Assembly: GCA_030141605.1 (NCBI GenBank)
Contig: JAQGDQ010000005.1
Coordinates: forward strand, 1,612,180-1,676,179
Length of the DNA: 64,000 nt
Reading direction: 5' to 3'
Origin: Tubiluchus corallicola
Taxonomy: Eukaryota > Animalia > Priapulida
Numbering within the stretch: the first letter of the stretch is position 1; each line of letters starts with the position of its first letter. Below, one piece after another: positions 63,056-64,000 of this stretch. The notes beneath the pieces were generated by a model. That model worked only from the letters and a program-made list of their open reading frames with translations. It did not search any database and was not told where the DNA came from. The position numbers and the translations under genes are program-made.

Positions 63056-64000
63056 CTGTATAAGAACAATACACCTAGTTACAAAATGTTTGTGATAATT
63101 TGGAAAAAAAAACATTTTCCTATTTAAATTTTTTATATTCAATGCTGTTTTGTTACTGATGTTGTAGAAAATCACTTTCTTGTTCTTTTCTCTTTTCATT
63201 GCCTTTTTACATTTTTCACTTTCTATCAACTTGTTGCATGAAGGTAGTACTTTTCTCTATAAATTTCAAGCATTTGTTAATTAACAGTCTTTTTAAGACA
63301 GCAACTTGGAAGGGGTTTGTAATAAATTTTTTATCCAATTCATATGTGTTATAACTTTTTATTATTCATTTAAACTGCCAATCGGGAAAAGATAATTTCT
63401 CGTATAGTAAGGCGCACTGCAAGTCACTTAAAGGCTGGATGTCTTAATGTTGTCATTCAAAAACCGAGGCAAAACCAGAACATGCCTGACGATCAAGGCT
63501 AACAAGCCTTTTCACAGTTCACAACGATTGATAATTATATGTTTGTGAAAAGGTCAAAGGTTAAGAGTACCAGACAATGCATTTGTGCACACTTGACATT
63601 GCCTTCCAGCCCAAACTAATGTAATAATAACAGTTTTAAGAACTAGCTAAAACCTTACCTAGTTCTTTTTCTCCTGCTCCCGAGTAAGATCCCGCTATTA
63701 AATCACTATACACACAGACTAATGCATAACTAAGTAAAGTTCGTGTAGAACAACTGAAGTTACTGGACTGACGAGGCAGACGGCTTTGCTTTATCATACG
63801 TGTCATGTGATAGTTGTAGTTAAAACGTGTTGCTGGAGTTCACTTGGCTTTTGACCTACAGCAACTGTGCATGTACAACAACGAAATTGTGAAAAGGCTC
63901 ATCCTAACGGCGTGTTCAGACTAAACAGCAAAACTTGGTGCCAGTTACTCTCCAACAGTAGGTGTGAGGTGACATTCACTTCCCTATTAGTTGTGAGAAG

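Noticed and set aside
1-64000. CRISPR arrays, operons, rRNA or intact tRNA genes
   Set aside because: None seen; the sequence is spliceosomal-intron-rich eukaryotic DNA.

Overview
AT-rich, intron-rich animal (invertebrate-like) nuclear DNA; no prokaryotic features. Five spliced genes were reconstructed by hand from GT-AG boundaries. Left to right: the 3' end of alpha-spectrin (+, 9-2205); a complete 26-exon RTEL1 Fe-S helicase with a C-terminal C3HC4 RING (+, 5416-28298, ~1336 aa); a 5-exon nanos (-, 37792-35254, 216 aa); a divergently transcribed WD40-repeat gene (+, 39216 or 40932 to 55004); and the 3' part of a convergent alpha1-like collagen IV gene (-, >63055-56612). An intact, very young 8.1-kb Ty3/gypsy LTR retrotransposon with the Gmr1-type PR-INT-RT-RH order lies antisense in a WD40 intron. 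Introns and intergenic DNA carry many non-autonomous elements (Tigger/pogo, hAT, Tc1-like, Helentron-associated, an RTE fragment, 5S-derived SINE remnants). Leading candidates for follow-up are the Gmr1-like element, a palindromic two-way poly(A) signal shared by WD40 and collagen IV, and a putative acylated, RFX-driven WD40 protein head-to-head with nanos. Pumilio elements in the nanos 3' UTR and TE-donated cryptic splice sites are also noted. Everything was read by eye; no alignments or database searches were run.
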